The position numbers and the translations under genes are program-made. Positions 12,732-26,460 of a DNA stretch of 64,000 bases are shown piece after piece (the stretch's first letter is position 1; each line of letters opens with the position of its first letter). Below the pieces are notes generated by a model, which ran no database searches, was not told the origin of the DNA, and saw only the letters and a list, made by a program, of their open reading frames with translations. The DNA comes from Torpedo marmorata (Eukaryota). The DNA is taken from positions 34,534,001-34,598,000 of the forward strand of contig OZ360242.1 of the NCBI GenBank assembly GCA_977017645.1. Direction: 5' to 3'.

Positions 12732-13610
12732 GTATTGTTTGTCTGTTTGTGTGTTATGTCTGGTTGTGTCTCGAGGACCGGAGAACGGTGTTTCGACAGG
12801 TTGTACTTGTACAATCGGATAATAAACTTGACGACTTGAAAAAATACTGTATAAAAAATATTTTATGATTTCAGTCTGTGGCCCCCCCCCCTTAAATGTC
12901 CTGTGGCCCCCAAGGGGGAGTCTGGCTCCCGTTGAGAATGGCTGGTCTAGATTACAGGCTCAAGGCTGTAGAATAGGACAAGATCTCACAACCTTCCAAA
13001 TTAGAAGGAAACATGTTACCATTCAGCCAAGACTGTCACTCATCTAATTGGAAATAATAAGTGGAAATAGGAGTAAGCTCACTAATGAAGATTCTCAATT
13101 TAATACCACATTAAAGATTCTTTTAATTTTCAAATAAGAAAACATCACATACTTGCCTCTCAATTTCCTTTCAGGACAAACTGAGGCACTTTTGAAGCAT
13201 ATTTGAAATAAAAAGAGAAAATGCTGGAAAAACAGCATCTGTGGAGAGAAAGTTAGTTGATATATCAAGTCAATGACCTATCATTTAAATTGAATTGAAG
13301 CATTCTGATGAAATATCATCATTTCTGTTTCTCCATTATGCTTCCTGGCCTGCTGAGCATGTCCAGCATTTTCTGTTTTTATTGAAGATTTCAGCAAATA
13401 CTGTCATTTGCTTTTGAAATGTCTTTGAAAATTAGTTGTTGATGTATTGCAGGAAAGGCAGCTGTCAATTTGCACATTACTAGTTCCCACAAATATCAAA
13501 ATTATAATAAAACTCATTAAACTGAGTGATGGTTGTGGGATACATATTGACCAAGACAATGCTGATTACTTTGTGATCTTTGTAAACAATCTGCCATGGA
13601 ATCTTTCGAG

Positions 13611-14149
13611 TCAGTATCAGAATCAGAATCAAAATTTATTGTCATGAACAAGTCATAAAATTTGTTGTTTTGCAGCAGCATCACTGTGCAAACATTCATA
13701 TAAACCACCTTACAAAAATAAATAAAAATAGTGCACGAAAAGTCAAAGTAAGGCCGTGTCTTTGGTTCATTGATCATTCAGGAATCTGATGGCAGCGGGG
13801 AAGGAGCTGTCCTTGTGAGTACTCGTCTTCAGGCTCCTGTACCTTTTTCCCGATGGTAGCAGAGTGAAGAGGGCATGGCCTGGGTGGTGGGGGTTCTTAA
13901 GATGCCGCTTCTTGTAGATGTCCTCGATGGAGTGAATTCTGGTGCCCGTGACATCGCAGGCCGAGTTAACAACCCTCTGGAGTTTATTCTTGTCCTGAGC
14001 GTTGGCGCCTCCATACCAGACAGTGATGCAACCAGCCAGAATGCTCTCCACTGTACACCTGTAGAAGTTTTCAAGAGTCTTCAGTGACATACCGAATCTC
14101 CTCAAAAACTTCACAAAGTATAGCCGCTGGCGAGCCTTCTTTGTGATTG
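13611..14149 (-). mobile_element. Rex1/Babar LINE 3' fragment
   Basis: [22 protein letters not shown]...FPAAIRFLN; (ATTCTG)n tail. Confidence 0.9.
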
Positions 14150-15178
14150 TCCTAAAATATCAATGTTTGATGTGAGTTTATTGTCATTTACAAAAATACA
14201 ATGTGCATTCTAGATAAGCACAATTTGAAACATACATAAAAGTTTTCTTTGTTTCTAATCCACACCTTCCCACATTCACCCAATACCCACTTACCCATCC
14301 CCAAATTCCCTCTGCCTCCCTCATATCGCAACTTTTGCCATTTTAAATGGTTGGTTTAGCCTGGGATACTGTGTGTTTACCTACTAACATAATCAGTTAG
14401 ATGAACAGTGGTCAGTCAAAGTGTTAATTTCCTGAAAATTTTAAATTAGATTTGTGGAGATAACAACTAAGTTGGTACAACAGTGTAGGATTTGGAAGCT
14501 GCGATTTTTAAAAACTCCTTTGTTTTGATCCTTTATTGTGTTGGGTATGGCGTGTTGTGTTGATGTGCATGAGTTGAATTCTTTTCTGGAGTGGAATACT
14601 TTGAGAGAGATCACCAGTGTGACCTCTTCACTGAGCTGTCAGCTTGAATAGAGTTCATTATAGTTCAGAGACGCAGCTACCATCATATAACAACAAGCTC
14701 CCAGCAACCTAATGCCCTCACAGTCTGCAAGTACCGTGTTGGGAAACTGCACTTTAAAGTTCAAACTTAAAAGAGTTAGAAATAAGTTATAGGAAGTGTA
14801 TTCTTGATTTCATTTTGATTAGTGAAGGCATTCTTTGCAATCTCTTAAGACTGCTGAGAGAATATGCTGGAGGAGGAAATTTTAAAAAGTGAGAAAAACA
14901 TTCATGTAGCACATTTCAAAACCTCAGGATATCCATGAGTTCACAGCCAATTAAATTGTTTTACATTCTAGTCACTATATAAAGTATGAAATGAGGAGCT
15001 GGAGAAAATGAATGTTGTTAAATGGGAGAAATGATGAATACATCTTGAGTTTAATGCTCAGCCTATTTTGTTTTCAACACATGGATGGATTAGATTTAGG
15101 TATTGAGAATGCAATCTCAAAATTTGCTGATGGCACAAAAGCAGAGGTTTGTCAAGCAGTGAAAATGCTGTTAAATAA

Positions 15179-17281
15179 CGACCCAGTCTTCATTAAGGGC
15201 TCAGTAGTGGAGAGGGTCAAGAACTTCAAATTCCTGGGTGTTAACATAAGAACATAAGAAATTAGGAACATAAGTAGGCCAACCGGCCCATCGAGCCTGC
15301 TCCGCCATTCAATAAAATCATGGCTGATCTGATCAATGACCTAACTCCACCTACCTGCCCTTTCCCCATATCCCCTAATTCCTTTTTTATGTAAAAATCT
15401 ATCCAACTGAACCTTAAGTATGTTCAATGAAGCAGCCTCAACCGCTTCCCTGGGTAGAGAATTCCACAAATTCACCACTCTTTGGGAAAAATTGTTTTTC
15501 CTCATCTCTGTCCTAAATCTACTCCCCCGAATCTTGAGGCTGTGTCCCCTAGTTTTGGTCTCACCCACCAGTTAAAAAAACCTTCCTACCTCTATCCTAT
15601 CCATCCCCTTCATAATTCTATATGTTTCTATAAGATCTCCTCTCATTCTTCTGAACTCAAGCAAGTATAATCCCAGATGATTTAATCTTTCATCATGTCA
15701 ACCCCTTCATCTCAGGGATCAACCAAGTAAACCTCCTCTGGACTGCCTCCAAAGCCAGTATATCCTTCCTCAAATATGGAGACCAGAACTGCACACAGTG
15801 CTCCAGGTGCGATCTCACCAGTACCTTGTACAGTTGCAACATTACCTCCTTACTCCTGAATTCAATTCCTCTAGCGATGAAGACCAACATTCCATTTGCC
15901 TTCTTAATAACCTGCTGCACCTGCAACCCAACTTTTTGCGATTCATGCACAAGCACTCCCAAGTCCTTCTGCACAACAGCATGCTGCAGTTTTTCACCAT
16001 TAAATTTTCTTGCCAAAGTGGATAACCTCGCACTTACAAACATTGTACTCCATCTGCCAGACCTTTGCCCACTCACCTAACTTAACTATATCCCTCTGCA
16101 GCCTCTCCACATCCTCAGTACAATTTACTCTTTCACTCAATTTAGTATCATCTGCAATCTTGGCTACACCACATTTTGTCCCCTCCTCCAAATCATCAAT
16201 GTAAATGATAAACAGTTGTGGGCCCAGCAACGACCCCTGCGGCACCCCACTTACCACTGTCTGCCAATCAGAAAAACACCCATTTATCCCGACTCTCTGT
16301 CTCCTGTCAGATAACCAATCCTTGCCAATATATTTCCATGGACTCCATTCACCTGTAACTTACTGATAAGTCTCTTGTGAGGCACCTTATCAAACACTTT
16401 CAGGAAATCCAAATATACAACATCAACCTGTTCCCCTCTATCTACCCCACCCATTATGTCCTCAAAGAACTCTAACAAGTTTGTCAAACAAGATCTGCCC
16501 TTCCTAAACCCATGCTGCGTCTGCCTGATTGAACCCCTTCGTTCTAAATGTCTCACTATTTCATCCTTAATGACTACAGACGTTTAGCTAATTGGCCGAT
16601 AGTTCCCTGTCTTCTGCCTACATCCCTTCTTAAAAAGTGGCGTGACATTTGCTGTCTTCCAATCTGCCAGGACCTGCCCGGAATCCAGAGAATTTTGGAT
16701 CTGTCCTGGAGCTTCCATGTCGATGCAATCACGAAGAAGGCTCGCCAGCGGCTATAATTTGTAAGGTTCTTGAGGAGATTCGGTATGTCACCAAAGACTC
16801 TCGTAAACTTCTACAGGTGTACCGTGGAGAGCATTCTGGCTGGTTGCATCACTGCCTGGTCTGGAGGCGCCAACTCCCAGGACAAGAATAAACTCCAGAG
16901 GGTTGTTAAATCAGCCTGCGACATCACAGGCACCAGCCTTCACTCCATCGAGGACATCTACAAGAGGCGGTCTCTTAATAAAGCAGCCTCTATCCTCAAA
17001 GACCCCCACCACCCAGGCCATGCCCTCTTCACTCTGCTACCATCGGGAAAAAGGTACAGGAGCCTAAAGTCAAGCACTCAGCGGCACAAGGACAGCTTCT
17101 TCCCTGCTGCCATCAGATTCCTGAATAATCAATGAACCAAAGACACTGCCTTACTTTTCGTGCACTATTTTTTTTTATTATTGTAAAAGTGGTTATATGA
17201 ATGATGCTGTGATGCTGCCGCAAAACACTGCATTTCGTGACTTGTTCATGACAATAAATTCTGATTCTGATTCTGATTCTG
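15179..17281 (+). mobile_element. Rex1/Babar LINE 3' fragment (15179-15243 and 16698-17281) split by a CR1
   Basis: [23 protein letters not shown] continues as [19 protein letters not shown] after the insert; (ATTCTG)n tail; aaataa on both flanks. Confidence 0.88.
15244..16697 (-). mobile_element. CR1 LINE 3' part (RT and C-terminus)
   Basis: QHGFRKGRSCLTNLLEFF, SGVPQGS.LGP, ADDTKL, FSQRVVNLWNSLP; (TTCTTATG)n tail. Confidence 0.92.
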
Positions 17282-17769
17282 AAATAATTCAGGATGAGAC
17301 AGGCAGGTTAGGCAAACAGCTGGCACATTCAATTTCATGTGAATAATTGTCAAATCATGTAAGAAATTGACCTGCACACTTAATGGAAAAAAACAGGGGA
17401 ATACCCCTGTCTGAGATTTACATTTCTAATTTCCTAAACATGGAGATGCAGGCAGATAAAGTCACAACTTTTTTATAAACTAAAGAAGAAACTAATTTAA
17501 ATAGTGTCTTCCATTATCTCAGATACTCTGAAGTGGTTTCCAGTTGATTATGTACTCTTCAAGGGTAAAAAAATACATGAGTCAATTCAAAAACATTTCC
17601 TGTAGGTAGCAACGTGATAATGAATGGATAATCTGTTTTGTTGTTCTTGAGTAGGGGACGTATTTTAACTGGGGCCACAACTAGAAGACGTAATGGTAAA
17701 TGCATACTGATTGATTTAAGATTTCATTGCAGTTAGTGTTTTGTGTAGTTTGTTACCTAACAGAATAGA

Positions 17770-18032
17770 AATTTAATTTAATTTAGATATACAGCCGGTA
17801 ACAGGCCATTTCGGCCCACGGGTCTGTGCCGCCCAATTTACACCCCATTAACCTACACCCCCGGTACGTTTTGAACAGTGGGAGGAAACCGGAGCCCCCG
17901 GAGAAAACCCACATAGACACGGGGAGAACGTACAAACTCCTTACAGACAGCGCGGGATTCGAACCCTCGTCCGGTCCCGATCGCTGGCGCTGTAAAGACG
18001 TTGCGCTAACCGCTACGCCAACCGTGCCGCCC
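17770..18032 (-). mobile_element. HE1-like V-SINE
   Basis: tRNA-like head with B-box ggttcgaatcc; V-domain. Confidence 0.9.
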
Positions 18033-18761
18033 CTTGACATCAGAAAGTGCAGCATTATATGAAATGAAAACAAATAAATATGAGGATAGCCCTAAAATAC
18101 TGGAAACATCCAATCTTTCTCTTGGTTTTCGTACTGGGTTGTCCTGGATATTAATGTGTTATACTTGGAGACTCTAGGATAATCCTACACCCCAGTTGAT
18201 GTGCAGTATGTTTCAGTAAAGGGCTGGTGATAGGTATCTAGTCAAGTCAGTCACATTTATCACATGATCCATTTGGGTCTTCTTAAAATTCTTGGCCCCT
18301 GATGCATAATCAAGCTCTAATGGATTTTTCATTAAAATTAATTGCAAACTGAGTTTTGCCAGATTTGTGATAAAAAGCTCAGCAAGACAAAACAGCTGCT
18401 TTCAATCCCAAGAATAACATTTCCAACCACTTCACATTGGTTAGCCTCTGAACTTCAGTAAAGACTCTGAATTTATGGCAGCAAATGCTGAATCAAAATG
18501 TTTTATTGTGTGTTTCATATATGTTGATTCATGGACTATGAGGTCAAGAAAACAGCATCTGAAATAATGCAACTTAGGCATCTTTAGCTGGAGGTAAAGA
18601 TCAACAAGTTCCTTGTCTTGGATGTGCTAACCAGAGGGATGGCATTTTGTCACAGGAATCTAATCCACAGCAGCATTATTAAAGGTGATCCATGTCGAGA
18701 TCACTGGTACTCAACCAGGGTCCAATATATGTAATCCTTAGCCTTCATCTTTCTGTTACAG

Positions 18762-18858
18762 AGCTCAGCAGCTGCTCTTGGTGAAGATTCAGAGATTGAT
18801 GTACCGCAGCAGCAGAGATGAGACAGACAATCAATATAGCACACTCCGAGGATTATGG
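18762..18858 (+). CDS. CARD11: CARD11 exon: (R)[32 protein letters not shown]
   Basis: Acceptor ctttctgttacag; phase-2 entry completes AG+A = Arg; donor gtctgt; 97 nt. Matches human [14 protein letters not shown] (recalled). Confidence 0.92.
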
Positions 18859-19500
18859 GTCTGTCTTTCTATCAATCTGAATAATTTATACTGTTTTGTA
18901 CAATCAATTTCCATTAAGTGAATAACCTATTTTGCCTCAAAACCTCTGCTATGTATCTAAATTGTTGACATTACTGAAATCTGCATATATTTTGGCACAA
19001 TACTTTATATTCACTGGACAACATAGAGGCAATGCACTGAAATCTTTAAGCGTATAATTACAACCTCTGCACAAAGTCAGAAAGTAAGCCACTGCTGAAT
19101 GTAGGCTCAAACAAGTTACTTTACCCTTGAAATAAACTAAAATGTTGTCATGCAAAGTTTATCTATTCAACTGTGTGTTGTCAAAAGAAAAGAAAAAAGC
19201 TATTGAAAGCTCAGCAAGCCTACTTCATTGTTTGGTCACCCAGCCAGTTCCAACATTTTCAATTTTGTATCCTACCTATTCCTTAATAGATATGTTCCGA
19301 ACCATAGAGAGCAATTTGTTAGGTTCCAATTCAATTTCATTATTCATTCCAGTCAAATTGAGACTGTCCGGGGGGTGTCACGTGATGACGTGAGGTAGAG
19401 ACGTGTAATTACACCTCTTCCATCAGAATTAATTAAAAATCGATTAAAAGAAAATTATAGTTATTAAAATAAAGTTAAAGTGTTGAGGGAAGATTCAGAA

Positions 19501-20763
19501 ATGTCTACCAAGAAAATGAAGGAAGAAATGTTAAGGAAATCGATGTTCAAAGAAAGTCTAAATCAAGAAGAAAATCGGCCTACCTTGGTGTTGGAGCCTC
19601 GGGATCAAGCTCCTCTCCCCCCGAAGAAGACGCAGAAGAGGACGGCTAAGGTAACTGGAGCACCAGCGCCGTCCTCCCGGGGAGCTGGGGAAAATGGCGC
19701 TGGTGCCCGGAGAAAATGTAAAGAACTACAACTTCCGGTTGTACAACTTCCGGCGGAACCGCCACGCATGCGCGAAACGACGCGCATGCGCGAGAACGCT
19801 CGCGAACTGTCAGCCACAGCTGACAGTGGCAGAAGATTATCGCAAACGCTCAGCTGTGAAGCTGAGCAAGATGCTTCACCGTTGGCAGATCAAGGGGAGA
19901 GAGGAAGAGAGGAAGAAGTAGACCACGAATTGGAAGGAGGATTACAAGAGATGGAGGGAGAGGGGCAGGAAGAAGCAAGTGATGAAGAGGAGGCTCCAGT
20001 GCTTTTAGGTGGGCAAGAATTAGCAAAGACACTTATTGAAGCAATAGATAGATTAACAAAAGAAGTTGCATCACTGAATCAACGTATGCAACATGGATTT
20101 AAAGAGGTCAGGGAGGAAATAAAAGCTGTTAAGCAGGACATGAAAAAACATTCAAACATTGTGGATAAAGTGCTATTGAGGGTTAAGAAAATTGAAGAGA
20201 AGGTTGAGGAACATGACGAGGATTTGGTGGACTATAAGGACAGAGTGGACAAAGTGGAAGATTCGTTCACGTGTTGGGAGCTGCAAAAGAATGAACTTTT
20301 ACAAAAATTAGATGTGTTAGAGAACCAGAGTCGAAGAAACAATATTAAAATTGTAGGACTGCCCGAGGATTTTGAAGGAACAAATCCAACAACATTTTTT
20401 AAAGAATGGATTCCGCAGACCTTGGGAAAGGATCATTTTCCGGATGGACTTGAACTGGACAGAGCCCACAGGGATAGCAGGAAAAAACCATATCCTGGTC
20501 AAAGGCCACGCTCAATTCTAATTAGATGCCTCAGATATCAAGATAAAGAAAAAATATTGAAATTGGCTATTCAAAAGGCAAGAATTCAGCATGGCCCGTT
20601 GTTAATCGATAAAAGTAGGGTATTTTTTTACGCGGATTTGAGTTCGGTAATCATAAAGAAGCGGAAGGAATTTAATCCGGCAAAAGCGGTTTTGTGGGGA
20701 AAAGGTTATAAATTTTCTTTTAGGTATCCTGCGACATTGAAAGTTCAGTCTGCAGAGAACTAA
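19501..20763 (+). CDS. L1 ORF1p (coiled coil + RRM + CTD); probably a premature stop near the C-terminus
   Basis: LENQSRRNNIKIVGLPE, ELDRAHR, FYADLS and RYPATLKV motifs; the frame appears to continue after the TAA. Confidence 0.85.
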   Translation: MSTKKMKEEMLRKSMFKESLNQEENRPTLVLEPRDQAPLPPKKTQKRTAKVTGAPAPSSRGAGENGAGARRKCKELQLPVVQLPAEPPRMRETTRMRENARELSATADSGRRLSQTLSCEAEQDASPLADQGERGREEEVDHELEGGLQEMEGEGQEEASDEEEAPVLLGGQELAKTLIEAIDRLTKEVASLNQRMQHGFKEVREEIKAVKQDMKKHSNIVDKVLLRVKKIEEKVEEHDEDLVDYKDRVDKVEDSFTCWELQKNELLQKLDVLENQSRRNNIKIVGLPEDFEGTNPTTFFKEWIPQTLGKDHFPDGLELDRAHRDSRKKPYPGQRPRSILIRCLRYQDKEKILKLAIQKARIQHGPLLIDKSRVFFYADLSSVIIKKRKEFNPAKAVLWGKGYKFSFRYPATLKVQSAEN

Positions 20764-21248
20764 TCAATTTTCCTTACTGACCCCCAAGAAGCTTTACAAC
20801 ATGCAAATATGCTTCCGGACTTAAAGAAAGGTCGAGGTTTTACGGAACGTCACCAAATCATCTGACTGGCTCAAAATTGCTCTCGCTAAGAGTTTTGGAG
20901 CAAGAAAATGGGGTAGTAACCGATGAGGATTAAATTAATAGAAATCTTGAAGTTGTTAGACGAAGAGATGATAACATAATTTGTTCGAAATCTGTATGGG
21001 GGAGGTGGACTTCTTGTCTTCCTCGACCTAGTCGCGCGTCATTTTAGTGGCGAGGGCCGCTTCCCGAGCAATGGAAGGGGGTAGTACTGGTGTAAATTTA
21101 CCAGTATTATATATAGTGGGTTCTCTAGTTCTCTATTCTCTTTTTATATCCTTTTCTCTTTTTCTTTCTAAGGAGATGTCAAATAGTTTACAGATGTGGA
21201 AGGGGGAGCCAGCGGATCCGAGGGAGAGAAAGTTATTATATATCAGCA

Positions 21249-24200
21249 ATGGCGGACAGTAAATTAATAAATGTAGTTAGTATCAATATAAATGGGCTCA
21301 ATAATCTGATTAAAAGGAAGAAAACTTTAGCATACATCAAAAAACTAAATGTAGGCATAGCTTTATTACAAGAGACGCATCTGACTGATTTAGAACATCA
21401 GAAGTTGAAAAGAGAATGGGTTGGTCAAGTGGTAGCGTCTTCATTTAATTCCAAAGCTAAAGGGGTTGCTATACTAATTAATAAGAAGCTACCCTTTAAA
21501 ATACATTCGGTGGTTACTGATGGGTCAGGAAGATACGTCTTAATAAACTGTCAGATATATTCAGAAATGTGGACTCTTATGAATATATATGTGCCGAATA
21601 CGCAAGATGATCAATTTATTCAAGATTCCTTTATGCATTTGTCAGAGGCATACGATAATATTTTAATTGGTGGAGATTTTAATTGTTGTCTAGACCCAGT
21701 AATGGATAAAACATCCAAATCAATCATTAGAACTAAAACTGCTAAAAGAATTCTCACTATGATGAAGGACCTGAATCTAATTGAAATTTGGAGGAAGCTG
21801 AATCCGAGAGAAAAAGATTACTCTTTCTATTCCTCTAGACATGATTCTTATTCTAGAATAGACATGTTTTTGCTGTCATCACAATTACAAGATAGGGTGA
21901 CTCAAGTACAATATAAGGCTAGATTAATTTCTGACCATTCGCCCTTATTAATGTCATGCATAATTCCAGAAAAAGAAAAAATTATATATAAATGGAGGTT
22001 TAACTCTTCTTTACTAAAGAGAGTGGATTTTTGTAAATATATAAGAAGAGAAATCCAAGAATTTTTACAGATTAACGCGGATTCCATTGAAAATAAATTT
22101 ATTATTTGAGATGCTTTGAAAGCTTATTTAAGAGGTCAGATAATAAGTTATTCAGCAAAAGTTAAGAAGGAAAATATTCAGGAATTGGATAATTTGGAGA
22201 AGGAGATTGAGTTTTTGGAGAAGGATCTACAAAAAAAGAGATCAGAAGAAAAGAAGAAAGATTTAATTGAGAAAAAGTTATATTATAATATGTTACAAAC
22301 ATATAAATTGGAGAAACTCATTGAAAGAACTAAGCAAAGGTATTATGAACTGGGAGAAAGAGCTCATAAAGTTTTAGCCTGGCAATTAAAGAAGGAACAA
22401 ACCTCTAGAACTATAACGGCTATAAAAAAGAATTCTAAGAAAATAACCACGAGAAATAAATGATTCTTTCAAAGATTTTTATTTGAATTTATATACATCT
22501 CAAACCGATAAAGTTGATTCTAAAATTAACAAATTTTTATCCAAAATTAAGATGCCCAGGTTAGATACACTTAGTAAAGAATCTTTAGATTCACCATTTA
22601 CGATGAGGGAAGTCAATGAGGTACTTAGTTCCTTAACAAGTGGGAAAGTTACAAGATACAAGTTACAAGATTAACTCGGATAAAAGTGAAATTATGCCTT
22701 TAACACAAGGGGACTATAGTGATTGTAAAGAAATTACACAATTTAAATGGTCAAAGGAAGGAATTAAATATTTGGGAATAAAGATTGATACAAAATTATC
22801 CAATTTGTATAAATTAAATTATTTACCATTATTTGTGAATATAAAAAAAATCTGGAGAGTTGGAAGGATTTACCTATAACTCTAATGGGAAGGGTAAATT
22901 GTATTAAAATGAATGTTTTTCCGAGAATTCAATATCTTTTTCAATCAATTCCTTATGAAATCCCTCAGAAATTTTTTAAGGATTTAAATTTAATTATTAG
23001 GACATTTTTGTGGAAAGGAAAGTTGGCTAGAGTAGGATTGGAGAAATTAACCTGGAATTATGAAATGGGTGGTCTAAAGCTTCCTAATTTTCAATATTAT
23101 TATAAAGCAGCCCAACTAAAATTTATTAACGAATTGTTTGATTTAGGGAAGCTCTCTGCTTGGATGAGAATAGAATTAAATAATATAGGAGAGGATTTGA
23201 AAGAAGAAGTCATTTATAAATGGAATTCTAAATTATTATTAATTAGAGGGAAAAATTCCCCTATTTTTAGGCATTTGTTAAAAATATGGAATAGAGTGGA
23301 TAGAGAAATAAGAGCGAAAGGATCAATTTCTCGAAGAATGCCTCTGTATCAAAATAAACTTATCCCATTTACTGTTGATAATCAATTATTTAAAATCTGG
23401 TTCCAAAAGGGTATTAGGGAAATAAATGATTGTTTTGAAGCTTGTAAATTTATTACGTTTCAGAGAATGAAAGATAAGTTTAGTGTAGCAAATAATACAA
23501 TCTTTGCTTACTATCAAATTAGGGCATTTTTAGTTGAAAGGTTGGGTCATGGTTTGACCTTACCAAGACAGACTGAATTGGAATTATTAGTTACTAATGG
23601 AGGTGTGCCTAAATTTATTTCTCAAATGTACAGATTGTTACAGAGGAAACTTCCTAAAACAGGAATTCATAAATCAAGATTAAATTGGGAAAAAGATTTG
23701 AGTGTAACAATAGATGAAGAACACTGGAAAAATTATGTAAACAAAATATGACGAAGATTATTAATGTTAGATATAGATTTGTGCAATATAATTTTTTTCA
23801 TCAATTCTATTTAACGCCTAAAAGACTAAAGAAATTTAATCAGACGTTATCTGGTTTATGTTTTAGATGTAATAGTGAGGAAGGTTCCTTTGTACACTCC
23901 ACATGGTTTTGTCCAAAAGTGTATGATTTTTGGTTGAAGGTTAAAACGTTTTTGGATAGGGTATTGGAAGTTACACTCCCAATGGATCCTATGATATTTT
24001 TGTTTGGAGATATTGAAAGTGTTAAAGTGAAATTAAATATGTATCAGACAGAATTTTTGCGTATTGCTTTAGCCGTTTCTAAGAAATGTATTGCCATTAC
24101 ATGGAAGTCGGATGTAGATTTAGGGTTGGAAAGATGGCATGCAGAATTGTGTTCATGTATACCACTCGAAAAAATTACATATAATTTACGTGATAAATAT

Positions 24201-24257
24201 CATTTCTTTTTGAAAGTATGGAGCCCATATATAAAAACTGTTGGTTTAAGGATTTGA
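21249..24257 (+). pseudogene. L1 ORF2 (APE endonuclease, C-terminal CCHC); stops, frameshifts and RT deletion near 22646
   Basis: NINGL, LQETH, GGDFN, SRIDMF and SDHSP; LCFRC..HSTWFC; no RT core between SGK and YKIN. Confidence 0.9.
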
Positions 24258-25219
24258 AGATCTCTGGACATCGGATCTGACTGGCGAACCTATCCTCCAC
24301 AATAAAATCAGTTTATAGTTGTTCTTTTTAGATTGACATTCTCCTTACTCTATCTTTTTCTTCTTCTTTCTTTTTTTTCAGGAGGGTTAGGGAGGGGAAG
24401 GAGGGAGGGAGGGAGGGGGGGTGAAAATGTATCACATGTAATTTGAGAAATTTGCATTTTAAACTGTGTACTGTGTGATTTAAAAATTTTAAATAAAATA
24501 TTTAAAATTTAAAAAAATTGAGACTGTCCAATGCTGTAAATTTCTGATGCACGAAGATGTGGAAAACTTTGAGAATAAAATAGAGCAACAATTAACTAGT
24601 CGAAGTGACAATGACAATCCAAATAAAAGCTTCTTCAACAGAGGTAAAATGGTCCTGCTGCAGGCATTATTGAAGAAAGCAATGAGAGGTGGAATAAGCC
24701 TACAATAGCAACATACTGTTTAATTGAACTGACTAGCATGGGAGTGAGATGAAAAGCAATTTTGGATTGTCAATACTTGATTTCTTAATGTACATTTCCT
24801 CTTGCCTGAGTTTCATTAAATTGGGGCTGGACCATTTGGGTTGTGTTATGTTGTACTCTGCATTTAAATCTCCTTTAGTTTTGCTGTAATCAATTAAATA
24901 AGATATTGTATTTTTATTTTAAAAAATCAAAATTGTAATTGGTTTTCACAACAGCTGTAAACATGTAATGATACGTTCAGAATAATTAATTGGTAGGACG
25001 GAAATACAAGGCACTTACAAAATCGAAGGATTGAAATAATGACATAAAACAAGAAAGCAAAATTAGTTTGTTGCCCACTGAAGTGAGTTGCAATTTATTT
25101 AAGACAACTGTCAAACTCCCTGCAAACTACTAACCAGATACTATGTGTGAAAACCTGGCCAGCTCAAAGAGCAAGACCAACCAGTGACACCTGTGATTTT
25201 TGTTTACTCTCTCTTCCAG

Positions 25220-25309
25220 AACTTGTTCCAACCTGAAGAACAGCCTCCTACTGATCTCAAAGCTCCCCGTCTCTCACGAGCGAGTGTCTTCCTTGGTCAG
25301 ATTTTACAG
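25220..25309 (+). CDS. CARD11: CARD11 exon: NLFQPEEQPPTDLKAPRLSRASVFLGQILQ
   Basis: Acceptor ctctctcttccag, donor CAG|gtaatt; 90 nt, phase 0/0. Matches human QPEE...PRLSRASFLFGQLLQ (recalled). Confidence 0.93.
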
Positions 25310-26460
25310 GTAATTCTTTCAAATTACACCTCAGGGAAATGATAGTGAGTAACCATCAATTTATGCATAATGTTAAGCAGTTGCAGGCCATTCAGTTTCA
25401 CCACAGCTCCATATAACTTTCTCCTATCCGATCAATGTAAACTTTATTTTTCACTTATCACAGCATCATACAATATTAGAAACTTGTACCAAAGAAGACA
25501 GTTGTTTCACCTAATGTGTACCTGGTACCTGTGAAAGATGTTCGAGTTCATCTTATTTCCTAGCTCTTGATTCAGAGCCTTGTATCCACATTTAGTTGTC
25601 ATCCAATATTTCTGACTGTGATTAGAAATTAACCCTCCACTATTTTTGAATTCCAGACATCAACACTCAAATTTTCCTCAATTCTCCTAAATCCTTTCAC
25701 TGGTTACCTTAAAACCATGCCTCCTATTTATTAATATTTACCAAGGGAGATTCTCCACCCCTTTGACTCTTGAAAGTCAAATTAAATCTTCCGTCTGTTT
25801 TAAAGAAAACCAACCCAACCCTGGGCTTTTACTCTGAACTCAATTTACACTTGTTTTGCTACCTTCTCCGAACTGCTCCTCCATGCTTCTGTATCTTTAT
25901 GGTTTCGTAGATCTTACTTGCTCACATTTTTGTGTTCTTTCTATCTTCCTAATTTCCTTTATTATTTCTCCACTGTGCTTTCTATATTCCCCAGGCAGTC
26001 TGTGGAAATGAGAGCTTGATAACTGACATTAACTACGTCTTTGGGTATCATCATACAATGCATGCTCTTTGACATCCATGGAGATCCAACTTTGGTTGTC
26101 CCAACATATTGACCAATGGGATATATTTGATTTGAACCATTACCATCTCCACCTTGAATGCCTCTTAGTGTTCCGTCGCTAGTTATGATCAGGGCTCTTT
26201 TGCATTAATTTCTTGTAAATCATGTATTTATTATTCATTCAAGGGATGTGGCATTCGCAGCTGAGCCAGAATTTAATTGCCCACCCCTAATTGCCTCTGA
26301 GTGGTGAGCTACCTTCTTGAACTGATGTAGTCCTTGAGGGGTGAGTTTACCCACAATGCTGTGAGGAAGAAAGTTCCAGGAATTTTGACAAAGGAATGGT
26401 GAAGGAATGGCAGTATATCCTCAAATCAGGATGGTGTGTGGCTTGGAGGGGATCTTCCAG

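Larger units (their letters stand above)
10861..12838 (+). mobile_element. 5'-truncated Rex1/Babar-type LINE, itself interrupted twice
   Basis: VVESVESAKFL...GCITVWY...[21 protein letters not shown]; tail aataaacttgacgacttga. Confidence 0.8.
10738..12944. mobile_element. hAT (Charlie-like) MITE split by nested insertions (MITE parts about 10738-10860 and 12839-12944)
   Basis: Perfect 14-bp TIRs cagccattctcaac / gttgagaatggctg; 8-bp TSD gtctcgat/gtctagat. Confidence 0.88.
19370..24514 (+). mobile_element. L1-clade LINE with intact termini but RT core deleted
   Basis: Perfect 15-bp TSD aaattgagactgtcc (19355-19369 / 24515-24529); ORF1, APE endonuclease and C-terminal CCHC region; AATAAA and A-rich tail. 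Confidence 0.95.
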
